Shown here piece after piece: positions 13,985 through 27,991 of a DNA stretch of 64,000 nucleotides; positions within the stretch are counted from its first letter, which is position 1; every line of letters starts with the position of its first letter. Below the pieces are notes generated by a model that ran no database searches, was not told where the DNA came from, and worked only from the letters and a program-made list of their open reading frames with translations. A program made the translations under genes and the position numbers. Source of the stretch: Eledone cirrhosa (Eukaryota); assembly GCA_964016885.1 (NCBI GenBank), contig OZ024750.1, positions 11,780,001 through 11,844,000 on the forward strand, in the 5' to 3' direction.

Positions 13985-15203
13985 GGATAGAATATCAGGT
14001 TGACTAATGCCTTATGAGTGAATTTGGTAGACAGAAGCTGTAAAGAAGACTTTTGTGTGTGTACGCCATTAGAACTTACACTAGGTTAACCCGACAGATG
14101 TATAGCAAGCTATGCCATTGAACCTTAAGACTTATTTCATATTTATAGTTTTCACCAGATATTTCATCTCATGGTTAGGGATTAAGGAGAGATTATAGGA
14201 GTCAAATGCTTTTCTCTCTGCTCCCTAGTCTTTTGTTTATTATTGTAGTTGCTGTTATTTTCATTGTTATTATTAATACCTTGTAATTAGAATCTGTTGA
14301 AGTTGACCTCCATATTTTGTCATCCTCATCCTTTGGAGAGAAATATACTTTTGACTTATTCAAACTAAGAAAACTGCAACGTCAGGAGTTTGGTTTTATC
14401 TTGAAATATTTTATATGTAAATATACTTTAGTTGTTGAAGTGACGCCTGAACAAGTATCCTCCAGCACCAACTAAACTTGCCCTCCACCTCTGGGTCCTG
14501 GCCAAAAGGATAGAGAATACATTTCTCTGGTGGATAGTGAGGGAAACGCATTGGAACAGCCATTCTGTAAATTCATTTTAAAACATTAGGGTTTTGGGAG
14601 ATGGGGGGCAGTGTTATAAACATTGAAGATACTAAAATGTAAAAGGTTAGTGTTCAGTGTAAAAGAATTATTCAAACTTAATTTTTCAGGCAAAGTAAGT
14701 TTCCTTTTGAAAGTAATGTAGTACATACTATGAAGAGATAAAAGAAAAAAACACTTTATCTCCTTTCTTTGATATTATGTTTTCATTATATTTTAAATGA
14801 CAGGTTGTTATAGTCAAAGCCTTAACAGATTGAAACCTTTGATTACTACCTCATAAATTTATTTCTTCTTACGGGGTGGGATGGGCGTTAAACTGCTTCT
14901 TATATATATATATGTATGTATATATATATACATGTATATGTTTTATTTTTATCTCCCACAAATTATCAAAAATAATCTTGGTTATAAGTGTTTTTAGTTC
15001 ATTTTGTGCAACACGTAATATTTCATCTCACAATCTTATTCCTCCCCCTTCTCCTCATCTTTCCAACGTACGTTCCTTAGCTTAATTGAGTTGGAGAGAA
15101 TTTGAATTTGAAAATAACCTCGGTTAAAATTTTGTCTAACATCCGGCTGTCGATTGGTGAATCAGTTAAAATGGTGGGCTTGATAATTCTTTGTAGTATT
15201 TTA

Positions 15204-15272
15204 AATAATAATAATGATAATGAAATTATTGTGTACAGTGCTCAGGTGCACTACAACTCAACAAAGGTGCAC
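15204..15272 (-). mobile_element. CR1-type LINE extreme 3' end
   Basis: Reverse complement of the 3' end seen at 28203-28265 and 59786-59855. Confidence 0.8.
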
Positions 15273-15300
15273 ATTACTCTATAAATGATGATGATGATGA

Positions 15301-15489
15301 TACTATTATATTTTCACGGTTTTACCTCATAATTTTCTCACATAATATTGAATCTATGAGAATTTGATATTATTTATTTTGAGATCAATACCTTAACATC
15401 AGTATGAGTAGCTGGTTACGACTGGTTTGAACAGAAAGAGGTGAGAGAATTCTGGCCAGATATGGCCAGTTTAAATGTTAAAGGGTTAA
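15301..15489. mobile_element. piggyBac-type MITE family 1, partial
   Basis: Matches 9670-9865 and ends aagggttaa. Confidence 0.8.
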
Positions 15490-15607
15490 TAATGTTGGGT
15501 TCAAATCTGAGATTAATTTTACTTAATGCAGCAGATTAGTGGAGTTGCTAGACATGTCTAACCCACGGAAGGATGGAAAATAGATGTTAAATGGTGATGT
15601 TGATGAT

Positions 15608-16230
15608 ACACACCACCACAACATACCATACCAGATCACATCACAACATACCATACCACACCACACCATACCACACAACACCATCATACCACACAACACC
15701 ACCACACCACACAACACCACCATACCCACACCACACCACACCATACCATACCATACCATACCACACATCACACCACACCACATACCACACATCACACCAC
15801 ACCACACCACACATCACACCACACCACCATACCACACCACACCATACCATACCATACCACACACACCACATACCACACATCACATCACACCACACCACAC
15901 CACACACCACACCACACCACACCACACACCACACCACACCACACATCACACCACACCACACCACACCACACCACATCACACCACACCACACCACACCACA
16001 CCACACGACACGACACCACACCACACCACACCACACCATACCACACCACACCACACCACACCACTGCACCGTCACACAACCACACACCACACCACACCAC
16101 ACCACACCACACCACACCACACCACACCACACCACACCATACCACACCACACCACACCACACCACACCACACCACACACCCCACCCCACCCCGCTGCACC
16201 GTCACACAACCACACAACCACACAATCACT
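15608..16230. repeat. (CACCA)n pentanucleotide microsatellite
   Basis: Direct inspection; source of the H/T/P and W/C/G/V ORFs. Confidence 0.97.
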
Positions 16231-17824
16231 CACTCATATCAGATAGACTTCTGTGTTAACTTGAAAATTATTGTAACTAGAAATTTATTGGAATTAGTCA
16301 GTTTTTTGTTTACCCATTTTGATTTCCCCAATCTGAATCTGCTGCCCATCATATTGTACTAAATACACTCTTATGTATTGTCCATTGGTCATCATACGTT
16401 TGTCACTGACCCACACACAGACACACAATAGGGTGAATCCATGTTATAAAGTGGTTGGTGGTATGAATAGCATAAAACAAAATATAGATACAACAGACTT
16501 CTTTTAATGTTTCTGTCTTATTAGATTACCTGACAAGGCATTGGTTGGCCTGAGACAATAGCCTAGAACAAGACTCTTGTACAGTGGGGATGGAGATTGA
16601 AACAACTTGGTTGTTAAATAAATTTCTTAACCACTCAGCCATGCTTGCACCACCATTGTCATACATCATTAATCATTTCAAAAATAATGGTTATTGGCTC
16701 CACAAACATCAGAATATATTACTATAGAAAATAGAACTGTGAAATATATTCAGACTCAACCATTGTCTTTAGCATACAAATTAGAAACAAAAATAGATTC
16801 TGGTTTGTTGAACAAGGTTTTAAGGTCTGTGTGAGATACCTTGTCAGAATTACTTAAAAACTTAGATTTAAAACTTTTTTTTTTTCCAGTTTATTAACTC
16901 TTGTACTAACTTAACTATTTGAAATAACTATTTTAAACTTTCCCATTACACAGCTGTTGAAAGCTTTTCCACAAAGGTTACTGTATATAAAATTGTTCTC
17001 TAACCGTAAACCTTTCCTAAGAAGTCTAAGTGAAAGAAGGTATATAAATTCTACAACTAAAAAAAGAATAGAAAACATTTCAACTTTATTATCTAATTTT
17101 CTGTTAGAGAGTATTTTTCATATTTTTAAAAATGATATTTGGTTGTGTAATCTCTGTCAATAAAAAATTCTGGGATTGAACATAAGGAAATGAATTCATT
17201 TAACAACCAGTATGTTTGATAAACTTAGGGCATGATGACAGTGATGAAATATTTTGAGATAAAAGTCATAATATAGTGGTAGACAAGGACTAGATTGAGG
17301 TGACCTAAAAAAATGAAAAGATATAGGAAAAAAGTTGTATAAATGGTGAAAGGAATTTTACCAGGAAATGACTAAGATACAATTATGTGAAATCATCCAA
17401 TGCAAATAGGACAGGAAAAGAGAAAATAAAAATATTTAAGATTTCTTAATGATAAGCAGTTTTTGATAACCTCCTCTGTTCTGCAAATTATTCTGTACAA
17501 ACATCTGTTGTATGGGTCTGCAAATCCTGATATTTGCAATTCTGATATAGGAGATTCACAAATCAATGTTTGTTTTTAAATTTTCCTAATGTTAACCTCT
17601 TAATTGTTTATGAAGTGAACATGGTATTATTTAAACATTAAATTTAATGAATTATGCAAATTTTAATATTTATGTAGATAACACGAAGACAAATATTTCT
17701 TTTTATGGTTGTACGTATAATGCAGGCATGGCTATGTTTCACAACAGGCATGGCTATGTTTTACAACAAGCATGGCTGTTTCACAACAGGCATGGCTATG
17801 TAGTTAACAAGTTTGTTTCACAAC

Positions 17825-17975
17825 AATAATTTTATATAAGTTACTATCAGTTACCTTACATTAAGTTACTATCTTAGTAATGAAATAATTAATAATTTTA
17901 GTAAATCTCTCAAAATTCTTCATTAATTAATTAAAATAGTGTATTTCATTAGAAATGCAGTCATGAATGGGTTAA
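17825..17975. mobile_element. piggyBac-type MITE family 2 fragment; related to 29555-29757, 30088-30205, 62430-62651, 62940-63041
   Basis: Shared ttacattaagttactatcttagtaatgaaata...agaaatgcagtcatga..gggttaa. Confidence 0.75.
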
Positions 17976-18389
17976 ACATCTGTTTCAGAGTCTGTTTTTT
18001 TTTTCATTTTTTTCTTCTGTTTGACTGGAGAGAAACTGTTGGACCCATAGCCTATAATGATTCTCTTTAGCATAGAAGAGAGGAAATTTAAGGAAAAATG
18101 ATTGGGTTAATTTGGTACTTTGGTACAACTAATATTTTCTTTGAATTCCTGTAAAAGAAAAACTTACTGAAGCAGGAAATTCTTGAGTGAAGCATTGGTG
18201 CAGAAGAAAAGACCAAGCATATAATTTAGTACATTAGGCTGTTAGTTTAGCTTTCAGAAGTAAATGTGAAAAGCCAAGTCTTGATTTATATTTTGTTACA
18301 ACATATACCTTCCACATTATGACTAATGATTTACTGGTGGATATTTAATATTTTATTAGCTATTGATAGAACAGACCTAGAAGTCTTGA

Positions 18390-18450
18390 TTCATCATCAT
18401 CACCATTTAACGTCTGTTTTCCCAGCTAGCAAGGGTAGAACAGGTCATCA
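18390..18450 (-). mobile_element. RTE-type 3' tail fragment
   Basis: (cat)n-ttaacgtctgttttcccagctagcaagggtagaac matches the RTE 3' end at 44808-44870. Confidence 0.7.
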
Positions 18451-18477
18451 CAGACCATGTCAGTGCTCTAGTAGAGC

Positions 18478-18880
18478 TACTGACCTCAGATAGGTCAGGG
18501 ATCTCTACCATCTCACATATGTTGCTGACCTCTGACAGGTCAGGGATCTCTACCATCTCACATATGTTGCTGACCTCTGACAGGTCAGGGATCCCTACCA
18601 TCTCACATATGTTGCTGACCTCTGACAGGTCAGAGGTCTCTACCATCTCACATATGTTGCTGACCTCTGACAGACCAGAGGTCTCTACCATCTCACATAT
18701 GTTGCTGACCTCTCATACAGATCAGGGATCTCCATCATCTCACATATGTTGCTGACCTCTCAGACAGACCAGGGATCCCTACCATCTCACATATGTTGCT
18801 GACCTCTCAGACAAGGCAGGGGTCTCTACCATCTCACATATGTTACTGACCTCTCAGACAAGGCAGGGGTCTCCATCAAC
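18478..18880. repeat. 45-bp minisatellite, ~9 copies
   Basis: Unit tgacctctgacaggtcagggatctctaccatctcacatatgttgc with internal tgacct/aggtca dyad. Confidence 0.95.
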
Positions 18881-18968
18881 AAACATATTCTGAGCAGAGT
18901 GTAGAAGGCAGTAACATATGTGAGATGGTGGCCCTTGTTCTGTCTGAGCACACTACGGTCCTCTACAG

Positions 18969-19413
18969 CAGGTGTCAGCCAGCTATGGCCTGGAGACCTC
19001 ATTGAATATATGGCATTACATAGAATAATTTTTCGTTTTTCATGTCAATATTTACCCAGCATAATTTTTGCGATATATTCACTGTTTTAATTTATTGATA
19101 TACCTTACTGTGTGTTGAATTTCTCATCTTGTTATAACTTAATAACAGAAACATACTTATTAACTTAATTAAACAATGTTATAGTATTAAAAAATGTCTG
19201 CACTTTTGGTTATTCTTTATATCAGTGAAAGACATTTTTTTAATTCTGTTAAATACTTATAATGAAAGAAAAACACATTAAAATAATCAAAAACCAAACT
19301 GTTTTCATAGCTTTGTAAGATCATGGGTTCATTTTTTTTCATGTGCCTTGACGAGCAAAACTTTAGAAATATTTTCAATCTGGTCCACCTCCAAAAATAC
19401 TTACCAACGCCTG
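18969..19413. mobile_element. Probable hAT-type MITE, degenerate
   Basis: caggtgtcagcc ... taccaacgcctg ends; flanks ctctacag/ttatatag (5/8). Confidence 0.55.
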
Positions 19414-20262
19414 TTATATAGCATCAGCAGGGATCAAAGATCAACCCCTGCTAACAGGTATCACAGATCAACCCCTGCTATATAGCACCAAGAGGAATCA
19501 TAGATCAACCCCTGCTATATAGCACCAAGAGGGATCACAGATCGACCCCTGTTAACAGAGATCACAGATCTTTCATCTTGACTCAGCTTTGTCTCTGTAA
19601 ACAAAACCAATCTCAAGTTATTTAAGATGTATCTCTCAATTGTTGTATTTAAGAAAGTAAATGAAATAGTTTGTAAATCTAATGTTTCTCTTATCTCAAA
19701 CATATTTTATTTCTCTTTTATATATATATATTGCTATGTAATGCTTCACTGTATTTACAGATAACATATTTGTATATCGAAGAATTTGTTTTTTATTGAG
19801 AAATGTGTCTGTGTGTGTCTGTGTCTGTGTATGTATGTATGTATGTATGTGTGTTTGTGCGCATGTGTGTGTGTGTGTATGTCTGAGTCTGTGAATGTGT
19901 GTGTGTGTGTGTGTGTCTGTATGTGTGTGTGTCTGTATGTGTGTATGTGTTTGCATGCATTCAATTCTATCTAAAACTTCAAGTTTCTACCTTCGATATG
20001 TCTGTTCTTCTTCCTCTCCCATTTATTTCAATATAATTGGGTATAATACAGTAATGTTAAGAACAAAATCTGTTGTTAGATGCCAAATACTAACAACTTG
20101 GCTCTTAAGAATAGAGAAAAACTAAACAACTTCTTGGTTTCCCCCTAAACCAGTGAAACTAACGGCCCAGATGTTATTTCTACAAATTTTACTAACAGTT
20201 TTTCTCACATCTTGCAATTTTAGTTTTGTTTGTCTTTGCATAATCTATCTTAATTTTTAGAG

Positions 20263-20640
20263 TTCCACTGTAAATATGTAAGAAACCCAGGCTGGCATGT
20301 GGTTTCAGAGGCCATAAGTATTTCACTGTGGATATGTTAGAAACCCAGGCATTCATGTGATCTCAGAGTGTTCCACTGTAGAAACCCAGGCTGTCATGTG
20401 ATCTCAGAGTGTTCCACTGTGGATATGTTAGAAACCCAGGCTGTCATGTGATCTCAGAGTGTTCCACTGTGGATATGTTAGAAACCCAGGCTGGCATGTG
20501 GTCTCAGAGTGTTCCACTGTGGATATGTTAGAAACCCAGGCTGGCATGTGATCTCAGAGTGTTCCACTGTGGATATGTTAGAAACCCAGGCTGGCATGTG
20601 GTCTCAGTGTTCCACTGTAGAAACCCAGGCTGTCATGTGA
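20263..20640. repeat. 50-bp minisatellite, ~7 copies
   Basis: gttccactgt recurs at 20411, 20461, 20511, 20561. Confidence 0.95.
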
Positions 20641-21648
20641 TCTACAGTGAAACACTTTTTAAACCAGTCTAAAAGTACATCTAATGTAAAATGTATGATA
20701 TATATATTGAATGTAAAAATATCACATATCACACTACATGATAGTTGATTGCCATATAAACTATATTATCTGAAGACTTAAGGTGAGATTGACCTTATCT
20801 TTAGCTAGGAGGTGGGGTAAACTTTATCTTAAGACTTGAAGTGAAGTAATTAGAGTACATTGCTTGAGAAAGCTAAGCCTCAATGTTGGGATAAAAACAG
20901 GAGTTAAGAATAGAAACAGACTTATTTCTATTAATATATGTAGATATGAAACTAATGATGATAATATCTGACTTTTTGTGATAGCTTAACTTGACTGGCA
21001 AGAGAACTAGTGTGTTATAATGATCTCTGATCCTTATGGCTTTTAAGGAAACGGGATTAGAATAAATGTAGTATAACAATAAGCAGCTAAATACTTTAGA
21101 TGAGATCTAGAAATGCAGATATTTATGAACATGGCCTTAATTAATAATTTACTATTTGTTAGGTTTGGTTTTTATTGCTATTTCACATTTTATAACCTTT
21201 TTTTTTACGACTGTTATCAAATTTATTTTCTAGACATCAATTTCATTTGATGTGATATAACACTTTCATTGTTGTTACCTGTCTAGGCTGTTGTTCTGTT
21301 GTTTCATTAATTGTTTTATAAATTACATTCTATTCAAATTTGAAATAAATTTTATAGCTAATCTATGGATAGAATTACAGTCGTTTATTTTGAGAATTAT
21401 GAATTAATTAAAAATCAGTAGTTTAAACTGATATTGAAAAGTTTTGGTGAAAAGTAGAAACAATTATTTTTAATTTTAGAAAATTAACTTTGGAAATACA
21501 TCATCATAGAGAATTCTTAGAATTTCCTGAAAATCTTTATTGGCATGACTCTTCAGTTATTTTACTAATTTTCATTAAGTATAATCTTGAATAGATCACT
21601 ATAACAAATCAGCCACTGAACAGTGATTTGATATTGATTAAACTAGCA

Positions 21649-21960
21649 TGGCAGAGTTGTTAGAGCATTGGATAGAATGCTTTGTAGTATTTGTTTGTAG
21701 TTCTCTACTCTCTCAGTTCAAATCTCACTGAAGTCAACTTTACCTACCTTTCATCTATTCGAGGTTGATAATAAATAAAGGTAAGTACCAGTCAAGTACT
21801 GGGGTCGATTCTTCCTCTATATCTCTTTATCCTTCTCTGGAAGAAATCTGCTGTTCATAGACTTGGAGCTGAGATGGGCTCTGCCGGTTTTTAAAAATAC
21901 CCTACAAATGCCATATGTCAATACAGTGCCTCTATGACTCCCTGGGGGTGTTATGGGACC
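21649..21960 (+). mobile_element. Older SINE subfamily with long distinct tail; related copies at 39323-39660 and 46820-47075
   Basis: tRNA-like head, gagttcaaat, gtaccagtcaagtactggggtcgat, then ctctggaagaaatctgctg tail. Confidence 0.8.
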
Positions 21961-22029
21961 TTGCATGTATACAAACTAGAACTGTCATCTATTTCTGTGC
22001 TAATATCATATTACAATTCTACCATTTGA

Positions 22030-22204
22030 TACCAGGGTGCTAAAGTTCCTGGCTTTGGGTAAAAGAAAATACAGGAGGATCAATTAATTATGATTTTATT
22101 CAACATATTCCCCTCGTCAGATTCACACACTTATTGTAGCGGTCCTTCATCCACTGTAAAGGTAAAATCATTACCCTTAAGCCAGGAACTTTTCAGCACC
22201 CCTA
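22030..22204. mobile_element. Mariner-type MITE
   Basis: TA-flanked TIRs gggtgctaaagttcctggctt / aagccaggaacttttcagcacccc. Confidence 0.85.
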
Positions 22205-22623
22205 TATCAGTTGTCTATTTCTGAGTTAATAATATATTTGATTCTCTCCTTTCTTGCAACATTGTTGACATTTACCATTTTTTTCTTTTATTGGTAGAAT
22301 AAAATTTGTATCATATTCTTTAGTTTTAGCCATCTCTGCAAATATTTTAACATCAAGCTGTCTCGAAATATATTTTATCACCTTCAAGTTAGCTGCTGTT
22401 ACTAAAATTAAACCAATATTCATTATAGAAATTTGCCTCCAGCATTCTGAAATTAGACTGGTCAGAGTCTCTGTTACTATTATTAAACACTACCTATATC
22501 AGTACATATTCCCTTACCAATTTACACTGTACTTCAAATCCTATCACGTGGTGTTATGGGACTTGGTAAAAGAAAATTTTCTTATAACTATTTTTAGATT
22601 GTTTGGTTTTTACATTTTTACTT

Positions 22624-23622
22624 CATAGTCAAGTTTTAATGGCTCCAATAATATATTAAAGGCAGCGAAGATGGTTTATAAACAACAGTAAAGAATTGGA
22701 CTGAAATTCATTTTCAGAAACCATTCTATTAGTTATATGTTCACATCAAATCAGTGCTGATTTTTTACCTTTTTTTATCCTTCCATGGCCTGTAGAATAT
22801 TATAAATAACATGCTAGATGTCCATAGTCAAGTTTCAATGGCTCCAATAATATATTAAAGGGCTGTGAAGATTGCTTATAAACAACAGCAGAGACTTGGA
22901 CTGATATGGCTCCAATAATAATATATTAAAGGGCTGTGAAGATTGCTTATAAACAACAGCAGAGACTTGAACTGATATGGCTCCAATAATATATTAAAGG
23001 GCTGTGAAGATTGCTTATAAACAACAGCAGAGACTTGGACTGATATGGCTCCAATAATAATATATTAAAGGGCTGTGAAGATTGCTTATAAACAACAGCA
23101 GAGACTTGAACTGATATGGCTCCAATAATATATTAAAGGGCTGTGAAGATTGCTTATAAACAACAGCAGAGACTTGGACTGATATGGCTCCAATAATATA
23201 TTAAAGGGCTGTGAAGATTGCTTATAAACAACAGCAGAGAATTGGACTGATATGGCTCCAATAACATATTAAAGGGTTGTGAAGATTGCTTATAAACAAC
23301 AGCAGAGAATTGGACTGATATGGCTCCAATAACATATTAAAGGGTTGTGAAGATGGTTTATAAACAACAGCAGAGAATTGGACTGGTATGGCTCCAATAA
23401 TATATTAAAGGGCTGTGAAGATTGCTTATAAACAACAGCAGAGAATTGGACTGATATGGCTCCAATAATAATATATTAAAGGGTTGTGAAGATTGCTTAT
23501 AAACAACAGCAGAGAATTGGGCTGAATTTCATTTCATTCTGTTGAACATTCTCATCCAACCTGTGTTAATTTTTACCTTTTTCATTCTTCCATAGCCTGT
23601 AGAAATTCTATAAATAACATGA
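22624..23622. repeat. 68/71-bp minisatellite (~10 copies) inside a ~200-bp duplicated unit
   Basis: ggctgtgaag recurs at 22861, 22932, 23000 and onward; flanks 22760-22815 and 23565-23622 are homologous. Confidence 0.93.
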
Positions 23623-24443
23623 TGGGAGATCGTTTAAATCTCCCAGTGTATCTAGTCAAAAGAAACCAATAACATATTGAAAATTCCCTACCAACGAAAT
23701 TAATTAAGGCAAAGATTCCTCTAAGCATGAAAACCCCTTCAGAATCGAGATTAAGCCTTATATTTTATTTATTTATTTATTGTTATAATAAAACCTCTTT
23801 TCCAATAAATTCTGTTAATGCTGCCATTCTGCTCATTTTCCAGCCTTCAGCATATTAGTCCCTGTAGAAATATCCCAACCAATCATTCGAATTCAGTTTT
23901 TATCCTTTTTGCCATATCGCTAAAACGACAGCAAAGCCATCACGTTTTTAGTGATCTAGCAAAGTCCTCTCTTTCTCCTTTAAGTTGTTTAGCATTCTTC
24001 TAAGCACTTTATGAAATCAAAACTGTTGATGATTTGAAAGTGCTTTTGTTGTATTGTATTGCCATTCTATTTTTACTCGTTAATCTCGTTCGGTTTTGTA
24101 ACTGCCGTCAATCGTTGCAACCACTTCGCTTGACCAGCGGTGATATCTGCAAGTTTAATTCACCATGCTAAATTCATATGCATTCTACTGTCATTATCAT
24201 CTACCGACGATCGCTACATAATTAGCAAGTGGTCAGCTGGTTACATACAACAAGCACACGCACACACACACACACACACACTATATATATATATATATGT
24301 ATATATGTGAATGTATGTATGTATGTATGTGAATGTATGTATGTATATATGTGAATGTATGTGTTTATATATATATGTATGAATGTATGTGAATGTATGT
24401 GTTTATATATATACATATATGTGTGCATGTATATATGTGAATG

Positions 24444-24486
<43 letters not shown>

Positions 24487-24804
24487 ATCGCCGTCACAAT
24501 CGTCATCAAGTTGTAGTCGGCGGTGACGGAGAGGAAGCCGATCAGTTCCTGCTTCACAATATTCCAAACTACGTAGTTGGTCCAAGGCTATCAGCAGAGA
24601 CGACTGCTGCACTCCTTTACACATTCGCACTTACACACATTTTTCTATTCATATCATCACATCTACACATCCATATGCACCACAGACATGTACTACATAT
24701 ATATACACACTGAAGCTCTTCAATGAAGTGACACGGAGGTAGGACATTATTGTGTGTTCGGAAATATCTCTAATTCGGCAGATCGATCGGCAACAATTTT
24801 GCTG

Positions 24805-24873
24805 ATGTATTTCTCTTGGTTAGCTTGTGTTAAAGATTTCTTCATGGGACAGTGTATATGCCAGCGGCAGCAG
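24805..24873 (+). CDS. Candidate alternative first coding exon B of the FRMD4-like gene (MYFSWLACVKDFFMGQCICQRQQ)
   Basis: Consensus donor CAG|gtgagt in phase 0. The upstream region (~24080-24800) is CpG-enriched and promoter/5'UTR-like, with a short uORF ATG AAG TGA at 24723. Confidence 0.65.
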
Positions 24874-25230
24874 GTGAGTATATATATATTATATATATAT
24901 ATATATAAATATTTACTACTAATGCTGCTACTGCACAACTAATGATGCAGCACCACCACCACCTTCTTTTTCTCCTTCTCCTTCTTCTTCTCCTTCTTCT
25001 TCTTCGTCTTCTCCTTCTTCTACTAGTCGGTTGTTATTTACATAGAAGATAATATAAACACTCTCCCCCCTTTCTCTCTCGACTTCTCTATTTTAGCGCA
25101 CCATGCGACATAGACATGCAGTTGCCTGTTATTTATCAACACACCATTGTTAATATTGGAATTCTTCTTCACTGTTTCATTATTCTATCGTCGGCTTTAG
25201 ATTATTTATTCGATTTATTCTATTTTCAAT

Positions 25231-25288
<58 letters not shown>

Positions 25289-25332
25289 CTTCTATAATGT
25301 AACGACTGTATTTCTCAACCGTTAGGGTTTCC

Positions 25333-25371
<39 letters not shown>

Positions 25372-26130
25372 GTTTTGCAGGGGAAAATAGTAAAACAAAT
25401 ATTTCCTTGTCTTTTATTTATCTCTTAAATTTCTCTATTATTGTTCTTATAATTTTATATATAGTGATGTAAGATTTAGTCAGTGTTATTGAAATATATA
25501 AATGAACCTTATTAAAAAAAAAATCTACTACAATCTTAGCTAATTATTTATGATATTAACTACCTTTTAACTACCTTTTCTCTCTAATTTATTTCCCACG
25601 AAATGTGTTTCTTAATTAACTACATATGAAAAATAAATTTTCTCTCTGAAGAATGTATGAATATTATTATTTTAGGCGATTTGTTTTCTAGTCCCTAATT
25701 ATTGCAGGGAAAGAATGTATTAATTTCGTTCGTATTATCCCAGTGATAATTTATAATTTCCCTTAAATCTTGAGAAAGAAAGAACACGTTAGGTTTCTCA
25801 TTTGGTTTGTATAAAAACAAGGAATTTGTCTGTTGTGAAGGTTAGTTTATAAAGTTTCTTGTTGAATGTCACCACCCACATATTATTGTTTTCTTTGATA
25901 TTTCATCGACACTTCACCAATATAATTACTGCAGTGTCTTGATATGGAGAGAAGGAGAAGAAGGTGAAGAAATGATAATTAAATTCCTCAAATCCTATTG
26001 TGGTGAAAGAGTTGTCTTGGAGACACCCAAGGCATGATTACCTTATCGTGTGGAGTTTTATGTTGTAACTTAATCTCATGTTTCCCCCGTGTCTGTATAT
26101 ATTTATATATATATATACACACACACACAC

Positions 26131-26333
26131 ATATTTAATATAGAAATGGCTTCTATAGGACTAGAACTGTTTCATTGGAAGGAAATCATCTGGAAAGCCC
26201 TGGTGATTTCCTGATGATTTCCTTCGAAGTTCTAGTTCGGTAGAAGCCATTTCGATATTAAATATTTATACTCTATGTATTGAGTACCTTACTTACTGTC
26301 GTTACCCCCGATTGAACCCGGGATACACACACA
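26131..26333. mobile_element. Penelope-like palindromic remnant, family A (inverted hammerhead-bearing arms plus tail)
   Basis: Inverted repeat 26131-26265; arms contain C(T/A)GATGA...GAAA; tail gtattgagtacc...gaacccgggat; flanked by (CA)n. Confidence 0.7.
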
Positions 26334-26468
26334 CACAAACACTCACACACACACATATATATTCATTCGTTATATATATATATTCATTCGTTATATATAT
26401 ATATAAATATATATATATATATTCATTCGTTATATATATATATAAATATATATATATATATTCATTCG

Positions 26469-26549
<81 letters not shown>

Positions 26550-26555
26550 TTCGTT

Positions 26556-26593
<38 letters not shown>

Positions 26594-26601
26594 TCATTCG
26601 T

Positions 26602-26632
<31 letters not shown>

Positions 26633-26785
26633 TCATTCGTTATATATATATATATATATTTCGTTATATATATATATATATATTCATTCGTTATATATAT
26701 ATATATATATATATAAATATATATATATATATTTCGTTATATATATATATATATATATATATATTCATTCGTTATATATATATAT

Positions 26786-26833
<48 letters not shown>

Positions 26834-26872
26834 CGTTATATATATATATATATATATATTCATTCGTTATAT

Positions 26873-26909
<37 letters not shown>

Positions 26910-26912
26910 TCG

Positions 26913-26956
<44 letters not shown>

Positions 26957-26957
26957 C

Positions 26958-27002
<45 letters not shown>

Positions 27003-27023
27003 CGTTATATATATATTCATTCG

Positions 27024-27075
<52 letters not shown>
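26334..27075. repeat. (TA)n array punctuated by ttcattcgtt
   Basis: Direct inspection. Confidence 0.95.
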
Positions 27076-27078
<3 letters not shown>

Positions 27079-27717
27079 CATATGTGTACATCTGTAATTG
27101 TGAGTGGATCAAAAGACATGTGCAAAGTTTGATATAAATCTCTTAGCTAAAAATATCTCTCAATTAACGAAACAGCAGCTATGTTAGATGTTCTGTAACT
27201 TTCAGTTTTTGAAGTTATGGAAATCTTTATGTATATTTTTAATAGATGACTATATCAGAGTGCTTTGATACTAACGGGTTTTTTTTTTTCTGAGTTTGTT
27301 CACTGTGTATAATCTAGATGATGTATATAATCTGTTTATCATTTATTTTGTATAAACCAATTATATGTAACGTGAAATGTTATAGATTTATTTACCAGAG
27401 AGATACTGATATGTTCTTTATGTTTATTATCCCTATATATGTAATATTACTCAATAAAACAGTTAGATTATCATGGTCACCCCGCCCTGCTGTCATAACC
27501 TCAGTCACCTTGTTAAATTAACATTGCACACTCGTTTTACGTTGTTTGTTTCGGGTTTTTTAAAACCCTTTAAGACATAAAATGAGTATATAGGCAAGTT
27601 GGATCTGAACCCCTGACTCTAAAGTTATCTATATTATATACTATATACCTTTTTTTTAAATATCTATTTTGTATGTGTGACGTCCGAACGAGTCATCTCC
27701 ACCTCCAACTAACTTAC

Positions 27718-27837
27718 CTCAGGGTCCCTGCTGACAGAAGGCATTGTCACAGAGAACGGCGAGGGAGACGTGCTGGAACAGCCACTCAACCTCGCGTGTC
27801 TCGCACCTGCGGGCATCCAACTCTGCTCCGATAGCAT
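27718..27837 (-). other. Candidate antisense first exon (MLSEQSWMPAGARHARLSGCSSTSPSPFSVTMPSVSRDPE if coding)
   Basis: GC/CpG-rich unique island; minus-strand donor GAG|gtaagt; ATG at 27837 gives 40 codons in phase 0. No homologue recognised. Confidence 0.5.
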
Positions 27838-27991
27838 AAAATAGAATATAATTATGTTTATAAAGCTTCGTGTTAGGGCGTGACTTTTGAATTGATGGCG
27901 TGTTGACCTCATCACGTCTATATGTTGTCTTTTATTTTAAACTAGATAGCTAAATAAAGTGAGGCAGAGAATTAACAGAATCGTTAGATCG

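Noticed and set aside
15523-16259. His/Thr/Pro-rich ORFs of ~220 aa
   Set aside because: Translation of a (CACCA)n microsatellite.
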